From IMG/VR virus record IMGVR_UViG_3300036766_000678, positions 96,001 to 160,000 of that record: a DNA stretch of 64,000 nt; one strand, written 5' to 3'. Below the pieces are notes generated by a model that worked only from the letters and a program-made list of their open reading frames with translations, did not search any database and was not told where the DNA came from. A program made the translations under genes and the position numbers. The stretch is from a virus. Positions 36,924 through 47,706 of the stretch are shown here, one piece after another. How positions within the stretch are numbered: the first letter of the stretch is position 1; each line of letters opens with the position of its first letter.

Positions 36924-39677
36924 TTATGATAGTGCCTGAAGTGCCTTCAACATATCTTCATTTAACTGATTAAGATCGTCCATAACACTAGCTTCTTTCT
37001 GTACTGGTTCTAATGAGGATCTCTTAGGCCATTTAACAAGTGTTTGAGTTTGAACTTTCTTAGCTAAGGATTTAAAACCGTTAAGAACACGTTCTACGTA
37101 CTCCTCGGCCCCAGCAAAGCGTTGATAGATCTTCTCAAGCAATTCTTTTGTTGAGGGCTTAGGCACGATCTCTTTTTCTTCATGTTGCATGGTATATAAA
37201 TTTTCTGACCATTGCACAATCTTACTTTCCGTTGCATCAATAAGAATACCTAATTTATCGTAAGAATCTTGTAATTCTTTCTCAAGTGCAGAACGTTCCC
37301 CACCAACATCAATTTTTTGTAGTTCAGCTAACGTTGTTGCCTTAATCTTCTCTTTGGCTTGGTCTAATACAGAAAGCTTGGATTGCAAAGACTCCATTTT
37401 TACTAGAATTTGCTCCATATTTGGAGTGACAGGAACTGCTTTTTCTTTGTCAACAAATTTGGGGCTAATTTTGACTTCTTTATACTCTGTCTTAGGAGTT
37501 TCAGCAGGAACTGGGTCTGCTGCTTGTTTTTCAGTTCCTCTACATTCACTACACAGGCCATCTCTAACCCATTTAGACATCTCAATAAGACCTACTTCTT
37601 TACCACATTTAGAACAAACATCTTTTTCTTCTTCAGCAGTTTTTAATTGGGCTTCAAGCTTTTTTACTTCAGCTTTAATTGCTAAAAGATCTTTATATGG
37701 AGCTTCATTAGGGAACATTTGTTTCTTTAATGCTTCATAGGCAGCATCATATTCCTCTTGATGAATATTTCCACGCATAAGTTTCTTATCAAGCATATTT
37801 ACTGCTCGTTCAAAACGAAGTTCGTCAGAAGTCTCATCTGCCTGTTTAATAGTTCTAACTTCAGGATTTTTATCTAATTCCCATCCTGGACATTTACAAG
37901 ATTCACATTTACCTTTCATGTCTTTATGATCTAACGTGCCATGACCACAAATACACTTAACTATTTTAGCTTTGATATCTTCTAAAGAAGATTCTTTCTC
38001 TGATTTCTCATATTTTTCATGTTTTTTTGTCTGTTTTTCAAAACATTTATCACACCATTTTCCAGTTCGTGGGTCATTACCACCTTGAAAGGAATGTGTA
38101 GAAGGCTTACCACAAGCATAGCAAGCATCATCTTTAGCCGCTTCTTTCAAACTAGCACTATGCAAATCTTCCATTTTAGGAGTTACTGCAATTTCAGGCT
38201 CTTCTGGTTGTGCAAGGGTAGGGGCTGATACTGGTTCTGTAGTTTGAGCACCCTCCGATTCCTTAGAAACACGGTGCATCTCTACTGTTAATAGCTCTCC
38301 ATCTCTATCAACAATACCCCACTTAGAACCATCCCCATGAGTTTCCTCACTAACAAATTTAGCTCTAAAAGAAGAAAGTTCATCATTTAAATCTGATTTA
38401 ACAATAACCCAATCTTCTGGCTTTGGTGTTGGATGATCGACTCCCATTCCCATTGGAACAGTATCCTGTGTGGGAGTTTCTTGTGTTGGTTCTACTTTAA
38501 TTGGTTCTTGAAGTGGATTTAAAGCGGTTTTATCTTGGGAAGCGACCCGTCTTATTTCCGAATTGTCAGCCCTACTGATCTCATTTAAAGCAGACTCTTT
38601 TTCTTCAACTTCTTCCTCTTCAGGAATTTCCATAATATCTTTGGGCGTAAATTTAGGTTCTTTAACTTCTTTTACAAGAGGTTCAATTTTTTTTTCTTCA
38701 GTGGGTTCTTTATCAAGATCTTTGAGAAGCTTTTCATGAACTTCATCGGGAACTAGTTCTTTGGGGGGTTTTGGCATAGTAGGTAAAGACTTTTCCTTTA
38801 CAACATTAATCTCTTCACCTTGTTCATTGCCTCTAAATTGATCCAAATATGCAGCAACATCCTCTTTTTCATATTTTAGAGATTTGGTCATGAAATCACG
38901 AACTTCCTCCCACGACCTACCAACTCCACGTAAAGCTTCTACAAGTTGTTTATCTTTATCAGTAAAAAGTGTTGCTTGTTTTTGTTCCAAACTACTCTCA
39001 ATCTGTTCTTTAACTTCTGTTTCAATACGTTTTGTAATATTTTTCTCGGATTGAGCCTTTTCCTTTTCGAGCTGGTCATAACTAACCGATGGGGCTGCAA
39101 GCTCAGGAGTTTTCTCTTCTGGTTTTGCTTTGTTCATGTCCCATAAAGGTATGGAGTCTTGATCTGTTTTAGGTTGTAGTTCCTTCATCTTAGTTTGGAA
39201 CTCTAAAAGTTCATCTGGATTACTAAACCACAAATTTTGCATGGTGATTTTGGCCCTCTTGAGAAGAGTCATCTCATCTTTAGCAGCCTGCGTGGTTGTT
39301 ACCACTGGGACATTAGTCTCAATAGGGGTATCGGAAGTTTCTGCATATGTCTTTAAAACATTTTGCATAATACCTTTAGCTTCATCATATTTATCTTCAC
39401 CAGTCAATTTTGCAACTTGGGCTAAATCAGAACTGATAAGTTGGGCCATATGATTTGCTTCATCAGAAGAAGTTGTCTTTTCTAGAACCTTACCAGCAGA
39501 ATCTTTCCAAGCAAGACTAACAATAGAATTTCCATCATTTAAAGGAACAACATCTAACGATAATTCTTTTACTGGATTATCACCTATATGGGTTGGGTCA
39601 ACAACTTTAAAAGAAGAATGTGTAGATTCTTCAGATTCTTTTATAAGACTAGCAATAAGATTGTAGAATGAATTCAT
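36924..39677 (-). CDS. large acidic multi-domain protein, putative head/internal protein
   Basis: 917 aa; several Cys modules and a C-terminal coiled coil separated by K-x-A motifs. Confidence 0.5.
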   Translation of the reverse strand: MNSFYNLIASLIKESEESTHSSFKVVDPTHIGDNPVKELSLDVVPLNDGNSIVSLAWKDSAGKVLEKTTSSDEANHMAQLISSDLAQVAKLTGEDKYDEAKGIMQNVLKTYAETSDTPIETNVPVVTTTQAAKDEMTLLKRAKITMQNLWFSNPDELLEFQTKMKELQPKTDQDSIPLWDMNKAKPEEKTPELAAPSVSYDQLEKEKAQSEKNITKRIETEVKEQIESSLEQKQATLFTDKDKQLVEALRGVGRSWEEVRDFMTKSLKYEKEDVAAYLDQFRGNEQGEEINVVKEKSLPTMPKPPKELVPDEVHEKLLKDLDKEPTEEKKIEPLVKEVKEPKFTPKDIMEIPEEEEVEEKESALNEISRADNSEIRRVASQDKTALNPLQEPIKVEPTQETPTQDTVPMGMGVDHPTPKPEDWVIVKSDLNDELSSFRAKFVSEETHGDGSKWGIVDRDGELLTVEMHRVSKESEGAQTTEPVSAPTLAQPEEPEIAVTPKMEDLHSASLKEAAKDDACYACGKPSTHSFQGGNDPRTGKWCDKCFEKQTKKHEKYEKSEKESSLEDIKAKIVKCICGHGTLDHKDMKGKCESCKCPGWELDKNPEVRTIKQADETSDELRFERAVNMLDKKLMRGNIHQEEYDAAYEALKKQMFPNEAPYKDLLAIKAEVKKLEAQLKTAEEEKDVCSKCGKEVGLIEMSKWVRDGLCSECRGTEKQAADPVPAETPKTEYKEVKISPKFVDKEKAVPVTPNMEQILVKMESLQSKLSVLDQAKEKIKATTLAELQKIDVGGERSALEKELQDSYDKLGILIDATESKIVQWSENLYTMQHEEKEIVPKPSTKELLEKIYQRFAGAEEYVERVLNGFKSLAKKVQTQTLVKWPKRSSLEPVQKEASVMDDLNQLNEDMLKALQALS

Positions 39678-39703
39678 GTGTGACTCCTAAAATTTAAACT
39701 AAA

Positions 39704-41308
39704 TTACTGCGGAATAACAGTGGTAGGTTCTTTGTCGCCTTTTGGAGCTTCACATTTAATAAACTTCCATAAACTTCCGTCGTTAGATCCCTTGGAGTTC
39801 TGCGAAGAATCTTTGCTTACAAGCTTCCAATATTGTCCATCAGCAAAAATTTCTTGCCCAATTTCCATCGACTCTGATAAATCACCTGGGAGCAAGTGTT
39901 TTTGAAGAGTCATAGTTTCAGACTCTGGCATAAATTGTGTGCCACTAGAAGCATTCTCTGTAGCTACTTTTTCAATTTTATCTTCAAGAATTGCCTTAAC
40001 TTCATTGGCTTCATAGGTTACTTTCTCATCTACACTCGCAAGAGATAGCAATGCTTCTTTAGTTAATTGTTCAGTAAGTTTTTCATTTATATTTATTGCT
40101 TTCTCTACCAACTCTCGAAGTAATGGAAACTTGGGTAATTCAATTTGGGAAGATTTAATTTTAATTGGAAATGCTACAAGCTTAGTGCTAGTTTTATCTT
40201 CAAGGAAAGTCATTGCTGTAATTTCACCGTCAAATCCACTATCTGAATGAGAAAGGTTAGGTGTCACTTCTGATACTCTAGCAGAGCCAAATCCTAACGA
40301 TTGAAGTGTTGGAATAAGCTGATTAACAGCTTGATTGGATAATTTATCTTTTTCAGCAGCAAGCTTCTGTTGCTCTGCTTGCATAGATTGCTGTAGTGTA
40401 TCTGCCATACTAGCTCTTGGCATATTTTCAGAGATTGATACGGGATTAGATTCATTAGCAATTTCTTCTTCAGTTTTATCACATTCTACACAATGGGCTT
40501 TTCCTAATTCATCAATGCGACCAAGATTATGCTGATGATCATTTTCCATTGGTGCCTCTAAATCACCAAGCCAAGATTTCTTTGCGGGAGAAGCTAAACC
40601 TTTATCTACACATTCTTTACAGTAAGTTTCTCCCCAAACTAGTGGAAGATCTTTTCCACATCCTTTGCATGGGCCACCAGGAAATTCTGCTGTCTTTGTA
40701 ATTTTTTCTGTTGGCTTAATATCCGCATATTTTTCAATAACTGGATTTTTAAATTCCCCAGTAAACTGAATTGAATAATTATAGGACGCTGTACGAACAA
40801 TAGAATCTGAAACAATAGATTTAAGTAATTCGGCTTTATTAGGAGACGTTTCGTACTCATTACGTCCAACAATTCCAATCTCAGCATCTTCAAGAGCTGG
40901 ATGAGCCACTTTAAGATACTTATTATCTCCAGAATCAATCAGCCGAAAATCTTTTAAATTTGCTGTAACCACATCCTCACTGGGCAAATAGTCCTCTGAG
41001 GAATTTAGGGCCTTTATAATGTTATCCCCAACGGTAGATTCACTTTCAACTGAAACATCATTATTATTCACAGTTAAATCCAAGCCTACATCAGAATACC
41101 CTTCAAGGACAGGAGTAGATGCAAAGCAACGAATCTTGCCTGTAAAGTCAAATGTGTTAGAAATAGGGCCATCTACGTGAGTTAACTCAACTTGGGACCC
41201 TTTTGTTAACTTAGCTACTCCATACTTACTAGATAAGTATCCCATTGCTTGACGTTCAGCCTCACGAATAATTTTATTTTTTGCAGATTCAAAATTTTGA
41301 TTATACAT
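39704..41308 (-). CDS. large acidic protein, putative head/internal protein
   Basis: 534 aa; follows motif copy C; K/R-x-A motifs; duplicated domain halves suspected. Confidence 0.5.
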   Translation of the reverse strand: MYNQNFESAKNKIIREAERQAMGYLSSKYGVAKLTKGSQVELTHVDGPISNTFDFTGKIRCFASTPVLEGYSDVGLDLTVNNNDVSVESESTVGDNIIKALNSSEDYLPSEDVVTANLKDFRLIDSGDNKYLKVAHPALEDAEIGIVGRNEYETSPNKAELLKSIVSDSIVRTASYNYSIQFTGEFKNPVIEKYADIKPTEKITKTAEFPGGPCKGCGKDLPLVWGETYCKECVDKGLASPAKKSWLGDLEAPMENDHQHNLGRIDELGKAHCVECDKTEEEIANESNPVSISENMPRASMADTLQQSMQAEQQKLAAEKDKLSNQAVNQLIPTLQSLGFGSARVSEVTPNLSHSDSGFDGEITAMTFLEDKTSTKLVAFPIKIKSSQIELPKFPLLRELVEKAININEKLTEQLTKEALLSLASVDEKVTYEANEVKAILEDKIEKVATENASSGTQFMPESETMTLQKHLLPGDLSESMEIGQEIFADGQYWKLVSKDSSQNSKGSNDGSLWKFIKCEAPKGDKEPTTVIPQ

Positions 41309-41347
41309 TTGTAAGCTCCTAAAGCTTCAATAGTTATTTACTACATA

Positions 41348-41403
41348 AAATCGTATATAAACAGTATTACCTATATAGACACTTTTTAGTTATATTTTTA
41401 CAT
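41348..41403 (-). promoter_or_regulatory. copy C of repeated upstream motif
   Basis: 56 bp, near-identical to copy B. Confidence 0.65.
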
Positions 41404-41415
41404 TAGTTCTTAATC

Positions 41416-42300
41416 TTATTTACTACTGGTAATCTTGTTTAAAAAAGAAGACGACTTAAGATAATGATCACTATTCCACAAAGGTTGCAAGTTAGAATAA
41501 TGAAAACATTTTAATCTATCTTCTCCTTTTGACAGATCAAATTCTCTACATTCTTTAATATGATCCATTGACCAAGTGCCAAGATCATTCCCACGATTTT
41601 CCCAAGTCATATTTTCTTTCCACAAAGATTCAATATATTTTTTAAATTCAAAAAGAGTACATCCATATCTTTCTTTGAATAAAGGAGTATCACAGTTATC
41701 TCTTATATAAGCGTTTATACCACTATGTAATAGATGCTTCCAATAATTATGTGATACAAAATCTTGTGATTTAGAACTTACCCTTGTATTTTGCATTTGC
41801 TCATTTAAAGTAGCCCATCTACAATTAGAAGGTTCATAGTTGCCCATTACGTTTGGAAAACGATCTAATGTTGTGTTCTTTTCATCAAATTCCTTTACGT
41901 GCTTTAAATAAGAAACATACATATCTTCTTTGAAATTAAGGAACTGCAACCATCTTTCACAAACAGTAATACCTCTACCACCATAATGTTCATATCCTGC
42001 TATACTAGGTTTAGTACATCTAGTAATCATATTTGTCCAAGATCTATAAAATCTTTTCTGTTCCCTAGTTCCACCAGCAAATCCATGAGTTTTATTGGCT
42101 TTTCTAACTCGTTCTTTTTGTAAACACCCACAAGATTTTGTATTTCCACTTCGTAAGTTAGATCCAACAACTATTGCAAAATTACCACAAAAACATTGGC
42201 AATTCCAAAGAGCTTTTCCTTTCTTATCTTTTCCATAATAAGAAATTACTATAAGATTAGAAAATTTATTTCCTATTTCATCTTTTAATACATTTTTCAT
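41416..42300 (-). CDS. endonuclease with two HNH-type domains
   Basis: WNCQCFCG..SCGCL; HYGGRGITVCERW..TLDR...N.EPSNCRWAT; then WSMDHIK..FDL...CFHYSNLQPL. Confidence 0.8.
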   Translation of the reverse strand: MKNVLKDEIGNKFSNLIVISYYGKDKKGKALWNCQCFCGNFAIVVGSNLRSGNTKSCGCLQKERVRKANKTHGFAGGTREQKRFYRSWTNMITRCTKPSIAGYEHYGGRGITVCERWLQFLNFKEDMYVSYLKHVKEFDEKNTTLDRFPNVMGNYEPSNCRWATLNEQMQNTRVSSKSQDFVSHNYWKHLLHSGINAYIRDNCDTPLFKERYGCTLFEFKKYIESLWKENMTWENRGNDLGTWSMDHIKECREFDLSKGEDRLKCFHYSNLQPLWNSDHYLKSSSFLNKITSSK

Positions 42301-42308
42301 AAAGTACC

Positions 42309-45300
42309 TTAGTCTGGATTAACAGACTCGATTCCCCCATCTTGAGGAAGACTGTCAAAAAGTGTCACACTGTACCATGCCATTCCACCTGGGTAAGTTC
42401 TATTGAATGGTTTATTCAAAATATCCAAGAACACGGTTTGTGGTTGCATATCCTTTTGTTGAGGGAAATCATTAGTATTTTGATTAAAATCCCATACCCC
42501 ATTTCCAATTGCATCCCAATTGGTATAAGCTGTTTCTCCCCCATTATCCATATGCTGCTCATTATAAAAACTTTCGCCCTGTTGGTCAGTGTAAGTACTT
42601 GAATAATTACCCGCTATTTTCTCTAAAGGTCTGGTAATCCTCACTATACAAGCCTTTCTCTTTTCCTGCTCTTGAAGCATCTCTATAGTTTTTCCGTCGT
42701 CTGATTGATCCCCACGAGGTCTGGATGTGAACTTGTAGGGCCAACGCCAATTTTCGTTAGCTGGATTACTAACAGCATCGTAAGTTACAGGAAGAGGTGA
42801 ATAAGGTTCTCCACTTTGGGGATTTGGGTTGCTCCAATCCGTTTTTGGCTTGTTAGAATCAAGCTTATTGAGATCACGAAATCCTTTGGAGTATTCTAAA
42901 AGAGTTTCATTCTCTCCAAGTTCCTTTTGCTCGATCTGTTCTTGCTCAGTATCAGAAGCCGACTCAACTTCTTTTTTACTAAAAGGTTTTCTTATCATGT
43001 TCCAAATTTGTTTCCAAAAATCGCTGCTTCTTGGTTTTCCAACCGTACATGGAGCATAATATGTTTGTTCATCAGAGACCGAATCGGGTTCCAGCGGAAT
43101 TTCAAGATCTGAGTCTGGAGTCCATTTGTTATCTGGTGCATTGACAAGAGAGGGAAGAAAAGCAGCATTCTTATCTATCTTTTCCAAAACAAACCCACCA
43201 TCTTTCTCATTGCCAATAGAAAAATATGTTTTGTTACCCACCGCAGGAGAAAATACAACTGTATCAAGTTCTATCTCTCTACCCTCAAATTCAGTAGATC
43301 CTATAAAATCTTTACCTAAACCTTTCTTCACATAAGCCAAAGTGATATGTGGGTGGTATTCATCTGACACAAGCCCTTTAGCACATTCAAGCTTTTCACA
43401 CACTTCTTTATTCATATGTTCCAAATCTTCACTGACCACTTCAACCGTTACTACATCAAATTCTGCGTATTCAACATCAGGTTCGAAATGTTTTACTTTA
43501 CCCAATTTCCCTTTAAATGGTTTGTGATCATTAAAAATCCTACGAGCTGTTTTAGGGTTATCATCTACAAGACCATACTTGATGGTGATATGAACTTCGA
43601 GTTCCCTCCCGAATTTATCCTCATCAATATACAAAGCATCATCTGGAATATTTTTTACTCCAAACTCAACAATCTCTTGAGCAAGTTCATGTGGAACTAA
43701 GGCCATTAAGCAGCCATATTCCCCCATTTTTACTTTCTTAGTTTGTGCTGTAATTTCTTTTTTAGAAAAAACTTTAGCTATTACTGGTTGTCTTAAAGCT
43801 CTATTTACTTGTTTCTGAATGAAAGGAAAAGGATCATTCACTTTAATATAATTACCTTCTAAATCATCAATTTCAATTCCGTTACCTGTATAATGCTGTG
43901 CAATAAAATTATCAAGATAATTTGGAAGTCTTTTTAAATCTTGAACTTCTATAGCGAAATCAGATCCTTCTGAAGTTTCTTGACCAGAAGTGATACGAGT
44001 CCAGCCATCAGCAATAAGTTGATCAGCCATAGATTGAATTTCATCTAATGATTTAATTTGAGGAAATTTTTGTTTTATAAATCCGTAATGCCCACCAGTC
44101 CCAGAAATATCATACTCTTTGCCACTAGGGTCAATCCAATATTTGATTCCCAATGCTGCTACAATTCTTAAAGAAGCTTTCTTTTCGGGCTTTCCAATTT
44201 CATTTACAATCTCTTTCCAGTTATTTTTAAATTGAATTGCTCTATCATCCACTAAGACCTGATACAAGGGTTTTCCTATAAAAATTGAATCATAGGTAAG
44301 ATTATTCTTATCTAAAAATTCTTTAACATTATCTTCATCTACATTGGAACGATATGAATAAACAACAATATTCCATCCATTTTGTTTTAATGTATTAAGA
44401 GCTTCTTTAGCTCCTTCCATTAAATTTCCAATACTTCCATCTTCATTTTCAGTAGCAAGGGTGTCATCAAGATCAATATAACATTGTCCTAAAGCTGGAT
44501 TATCTTGAGAAGTAGGTTTTACTTGGGCTTTCTTCATGAAAGAAGCAAATTTAGACATAGAAGAGGTTTTATTAAATCTTTCTACTAATTGTCTAGCTCG
44601 TAACCATCCAATAGATGAGAGATTTATAACTCCTGCACCACCATAATTATCAGATGTAGTAGGAATACCGATAGCATCCATAACAGAATAATGATCTAAA
44701 TCGTAAGCATCCCAAATATACAAATCGCCTTCAGGCGAACCAAAATATCTCATTACCCCATTTTTTGCTTTCCGATATATGTCTTCAGCCAAATCTGGAG
44801 AAGGATTTTTATATACTCGTACCTCTTCTCCTTTTGGGGTATGAAGACGAATCACATCACCAGCTATTTTACTAATAGAAGCTGTTTGAAGTCTTTTATG
44901 AGATAGAGCTTTATTAACTGCCTTTTGAATACCTTCTTCTATAGCATCTTCATACTGAACTACGACTGAAGAATCGCCCCCATTCATAAATCTATAGGAA
45001 CTAACCAAAATTTTCGGATGTCCACTACCAACAGCAATAATAAAATTATCTATGTATGATGGTAAAGCATGTAAATCTTCAACTTCCACATTAATGTAGC
45101 TTCCTTGTGTGCTTGCCCTGATCCAATCACTATCACCAGGAGGACCATCTGGAAATTTCTTAGTCATCCACTGCGAATGTTCCCCATGTGGCTCAAAAGG
45201 ATAAATCTTCCCATCAGGTGAAATCCAATATTTCTTATCGGAAGCTAATTTATTTACACTACCTTCACTAATAATCTTTTCAATTAAAGGAAGTTCTTCT

Positions 45301-46154
45301 GTAGTAACTTCTCCTCCAGTAGATTCAAGAAGTTCTTTCAAATTTTGGAGAATTGCAAAGAATCCATGACGGGCGAGATATTTAAAAAGAATCTCGTTTT
45401 CTGAAGTTGGATCTTGATTAGAATGGCGATAGTCAACGAGATCCTGTTTAATCTTGAGATCTTTCTTAATCTCTTCTTCAATATCATTAAGCTTCTTCTC
45501 AATTTTAGTATAAAATAATTTTTGCTTATCCTTGCCCCACGCTTTAATAACATTCTCTAACTCATCTATTCTTTGTATATCTCTTTTTACTTTGCCTAAA
45601 CTGCCATCAAGTTCTTGGGCTAAAGCTTCTGCCTCTTCAACTACTTGACGTTTACTTTCTTCAATATCTAATTCAGCAGGGAAAAATATAGGATCTTTTA
45701 ACCATTCATCTTTATAGAGGGAATATACTCCAACAGCTTCAGTATTACTTGGATGAAGTTCAATACTCTCAATGTAAAATTCCGTTGGGTGCTGTGTCAT
45801 AGGTGCAAGAATCTTTGCTCTATCGAATTCTTTTCTTGTTTCATCGAGTTTTGCAAAAGCTGCTTCTTTAGAAGCATTCGGCATATTTGTTTTTATAAAT
45901 TCATCAAGATTAACTCGAACGTGAACGTCCATATCCGATGTTAAAAGCCACTTTGCCGTTGTGAGACTACCTAGAATAACTACATCATCTACCCATTTTT
46001 CATAATCTTTTAATGAATAAGTTTCGTACATCTTGTCAAGTAAACGAAGAATAAAGTCTCGTTGATAAGCATAAAACCTCATGTCCTGATCCCATACGGC
46101 TGGATCGAGAAATGGATAAGAAAAATCAAGGATTGAACTAGACTTAGTTAACAT
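42309..46154 (-). CDS. multi-domain protein: nucleotidyltransferase-like + HAD-like + 2H phosphoesterase
   Basis: LGSLT...SDMDVHV; YIDLDDTL...VDDRA; HITIKYG and HPHITLAY. Confidence 0.75.
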   Translation of the reverse strand: MLTKSSSILDFSYPFLDPAVWDQDMRFYAYQRDFILRLLDKMYETYSLKDYEKWVDDVVILGSLTTAKWLLTSDMDVHVRVNLDEFIKTNMPNASKEAAFAKLDETRKEFDRAKILAPMTQHPTEFYIESIELHPSNTEAVGVYSLYKDEWLKDPIFFPAELDIEESKRQVVEEAEALAQELDGSLGKVKRDIQRIDELENVIKAWGKDKQKLFYTKIEKKLNDIEEEIKKDLKIKQDLVDYRHSNQDPTSENEILFKYLARHGFFAILQNLKELLESTGGEVTTEELPLIEKIISEGSVNKLASDKKYWISPDGKIYPFEPHGEHSQWMTKKFPDGPPGDSDWIRASTQGSYINVEVEDLHALPSYIDNFIIAVGSGHPKILVSSYRFMNGGDSSVVVQYEDAIEEGIQKAVNKALSHKRLQTASISKIAGDVIRLHTPKGEEVRVYKNPSPDLAEDIYRKAKNGVMRYFGSPEGDLYIWDAYDLDHYSVMDAIGIPTTSDNYGGAGVINLSSIGWLRARQLVERFNKTSSMSKFASFMKKAQVKPTSQDNPALGQCYIDLDDTLATENEDGSIGNLMEGAKEALNTLKQNGWNIVVYSYRSNVDEDNVKEFLDKNNLTYDSIFIGKPLYQVLVDDRAIQFKNNWKEIVNEIGKPEKKASLRIVAALGIKYWIDPSGKEYDISGTGGHYGFIKQKFPQIKSLDEIQSMADQLIADGWTRITSGQETSEGSDFAIEVQDLKRLPNYLDNFIAQHYTGNGIEIDDLEGNYIKVNDPFPFIQKQVNRALRQPVIAKVFSKKEITAQTKKVKMGEYGCLMALVPHELAQEIVEFGVKNIPDDALYIDEDKFGRELEVHITIKYGLVDDNPKTARRIFNDHKPFKGKLGKVKHFEPDVEYAEFDVVTVEVVSEDLEHMNKEVCEKLECAKGLVSDEYHPHITLAYVKKGLGKDFIGSTEFEGREIELDTVVFSPAVGNKTYFSIGNEKDGGFVLEKIDKNAAFLPSLVNAPDNKWTPDSDLEIPLEPDSVSDEQTYYAPCTVGKPRSSDFWKQIWNMIRKPFSKKEVESASDTEQEQIEQKELGENETLLEYSKGFRDLNKLDSNKPKTDWSNPNPQSGEPYSPLPVTYDAVSNPANENWRWPYKFTSRPRGDQSDDGKTIEMLQEQEKRKACIVRITRPLEKIAGNYSSTYTDQQGESFYNEQHMDNGGETAYTNWDAIGNGVWDFNQNTNDFPQQKDMQPQTVFLDILNKPFNRTYPGGMAWYSVTLFDSLPQDGGIESVNPD

Positions 46155-46178
46155 AGGTTTGTTTTTATTTGGTACTAC

Positions 46179-46415
46179 TTATTGCGCGAAGGGATCTTCG
46201 GTAGGTACGTCAATCCACTTTTTGGCTTCTCTTCCATTGATCTCTTTGAACTCAATGGCATGATTACAACGCTCTCTTGGGCACTTCTCCATGTAATAAT
46301 ATGTACCTTTCTGTTCAACCACTTGAATAAGGAATTGATTAGAGAGTTTACATATATCACAAATAATAAAATTAGGAGTAAGTTTTGGGGCCATTGGAAC
46401 CTCTGTTGAGATCAT
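46179..46415 (-). CDS. small zinc-ribbon protein
   Basis: CDIC...CPRERC. Confidence 0.5.
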   Translation of the reverse strand: MISTEVPMAPKLTPNFIICDICKLSNQFLIQVVEQKGTYYYMEKCPRERCNHAIEFKEINGREAKKWIDVPTEDPFAQ

Positions 46416-46609
46416 TTAGATGTAACCTCTTTACTTACCTTTTGATTATAAATCCATTCTAAATACTGAAGATTTGTCATGGGGATATAAAAATCCATTA
46501 TTTCAGGTGGTTCATCATGTTGTCCTGGGCAAAAGAAAAACTCAGTATCATAATAAGGTATATGTTCTTCAATGTTATGTTTGCACCATTTACAAGGTCT
46601 TTTCTTCAT
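46412..46609 (-). CDS. small Cys/His protein, NLEYLE family
   Basis: CKWCKH...FYIPMTNLQYLEWIY. Confidence 0.75.
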   Translation of the reverse strand: MKKRPCKWCKHNIEEHIPYYDTEFFFCPGQHDEPPEIMDFYIPMTNLQYLEWIYNQKVSKEVTSK

Positions 46610-46611
46610 AT

Positions 46612-47706
46612 TTACTTATTTCCAACCTTATCAATTGCATCTTTAATTTTAGCGTCTGTTTCTGGATCTTGAATCAAGATAAATCTAGCACAGCTAGGAC
46701 AAAAGATACTAAATCTTTTAGAGGTATTTAACAATGATCCATCCTCCGCCCTATCGAAACCCATTGGTCTTTTATCAGCTTTGTCCTCTAAGAAATTTTC
46801 TCTGCACGTACTACAGTAAAAAGATTTGGGTATTAGTTTCTTATCTTTCTTACCAGGAACTTTAACTTCGTTAGCCTCTTTAACTTCTTTAAGAATCTCT
46901 GGGCTAATGGCTAAAGGACCCACTACTTCTTTTGTAGTTTCCTCTTCAATCTTAGCCATTTCTTTAAATTGTTCATCACTCATCTTAGGTATTTCATCCA
47001 TCTTAGCTCTCCTTTGAAATTCTTCCATTATCTTAATACTGTTGCTAGTGCCTACTCTTGACGCTCCTGCTTCTATCATCATTTCTAGATCAATCAACGA
47101 ACGAATTCCTCCACTGGCCTTAACCAATACGCCTGATCCTTTTACTTGATCGGCCATTAGTTTGACATATCGTGCTGTTTCTTTTGGCTCTAATTTTGCT
47201 AGGAAGCCAGTAGATGTTTTCACATATGAAAGACCTGTCTCTATAGCTAAATCACAACAATGTTTAATCTCATCGTCGGAGAGCAAGCCACATTCTAGTA
47301 TTACTTTTAAAATAGGTTGAAACGTTGGTGCAGTTGGAATAGTTTTTCGTAATGTTTCAAACTCATGCTTTATTCGCAACCAATCACCCGTTTTTACAGC
47401 CGATATATTTAAAACAAAATCAAATTCAGTAGCCCCATCATTAAATGCTCGTTGCATCTCAGTTACTTTGGAATCTATATTAGAGATTCCATGAGGAAAT
47501 CCTATTACCGAACAAATTTTTATATTGACACTCATATCTGTATGAACATATGAATGTAACAAATTAGACACTAATGGAACATGGAAACTTGAAACACAGA
47601 CACTGTGAAAATTCCATTTAACTGCTTGACGGCACAAATCTGTATAATTTCCCAGAGGTGCGGAGGGAATAAGAAGCGTATGATCTATCAGACGATTAAT
47701 TTCCAT
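46612..47706 (-). CDS. deoC: deoxyribose-phosphate aldolase fused to a C-terminal Zn-ribbon domain
   Basis: LIDHTLL, LKVILE, VKTSTGF, VKASGGIR, GASRVGTS; extra 130 aa with CSTC/CPSC. Confidence 0.92.
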   Translation of the reverse strand: MEINRLIDHTLLIPSAPLGNYTDLCRQAVKWNFHSVCVSSFHVPLVSNLLHSYVHTDMSVNIKICSVIGFPHGISNIDSKVTEMQRAFNDGATEFDFVLNISAVKTGDWLRIKHEFETLRKTIPTAPTFQPILKVILECGLLSDDEIKHCCDLAIETGLSYVKTSTGFLAKLEPKETARYVKLMADQVKGSGVLVKASGGIRSLIDLEMMIEAGASRVGTSNSIKIMEEFQRRAKMDEIPKMSDEQFKEMAKIEEETTKEVVGPLAISPEILKEVKEANEVKVPGKKDKKLIPKSFYCSTCRENFLEDKADKRPMGFDRAEDGSLLNTSKRFSIFCPSCARFILIQDPETDAKIKDAIDKVGNK

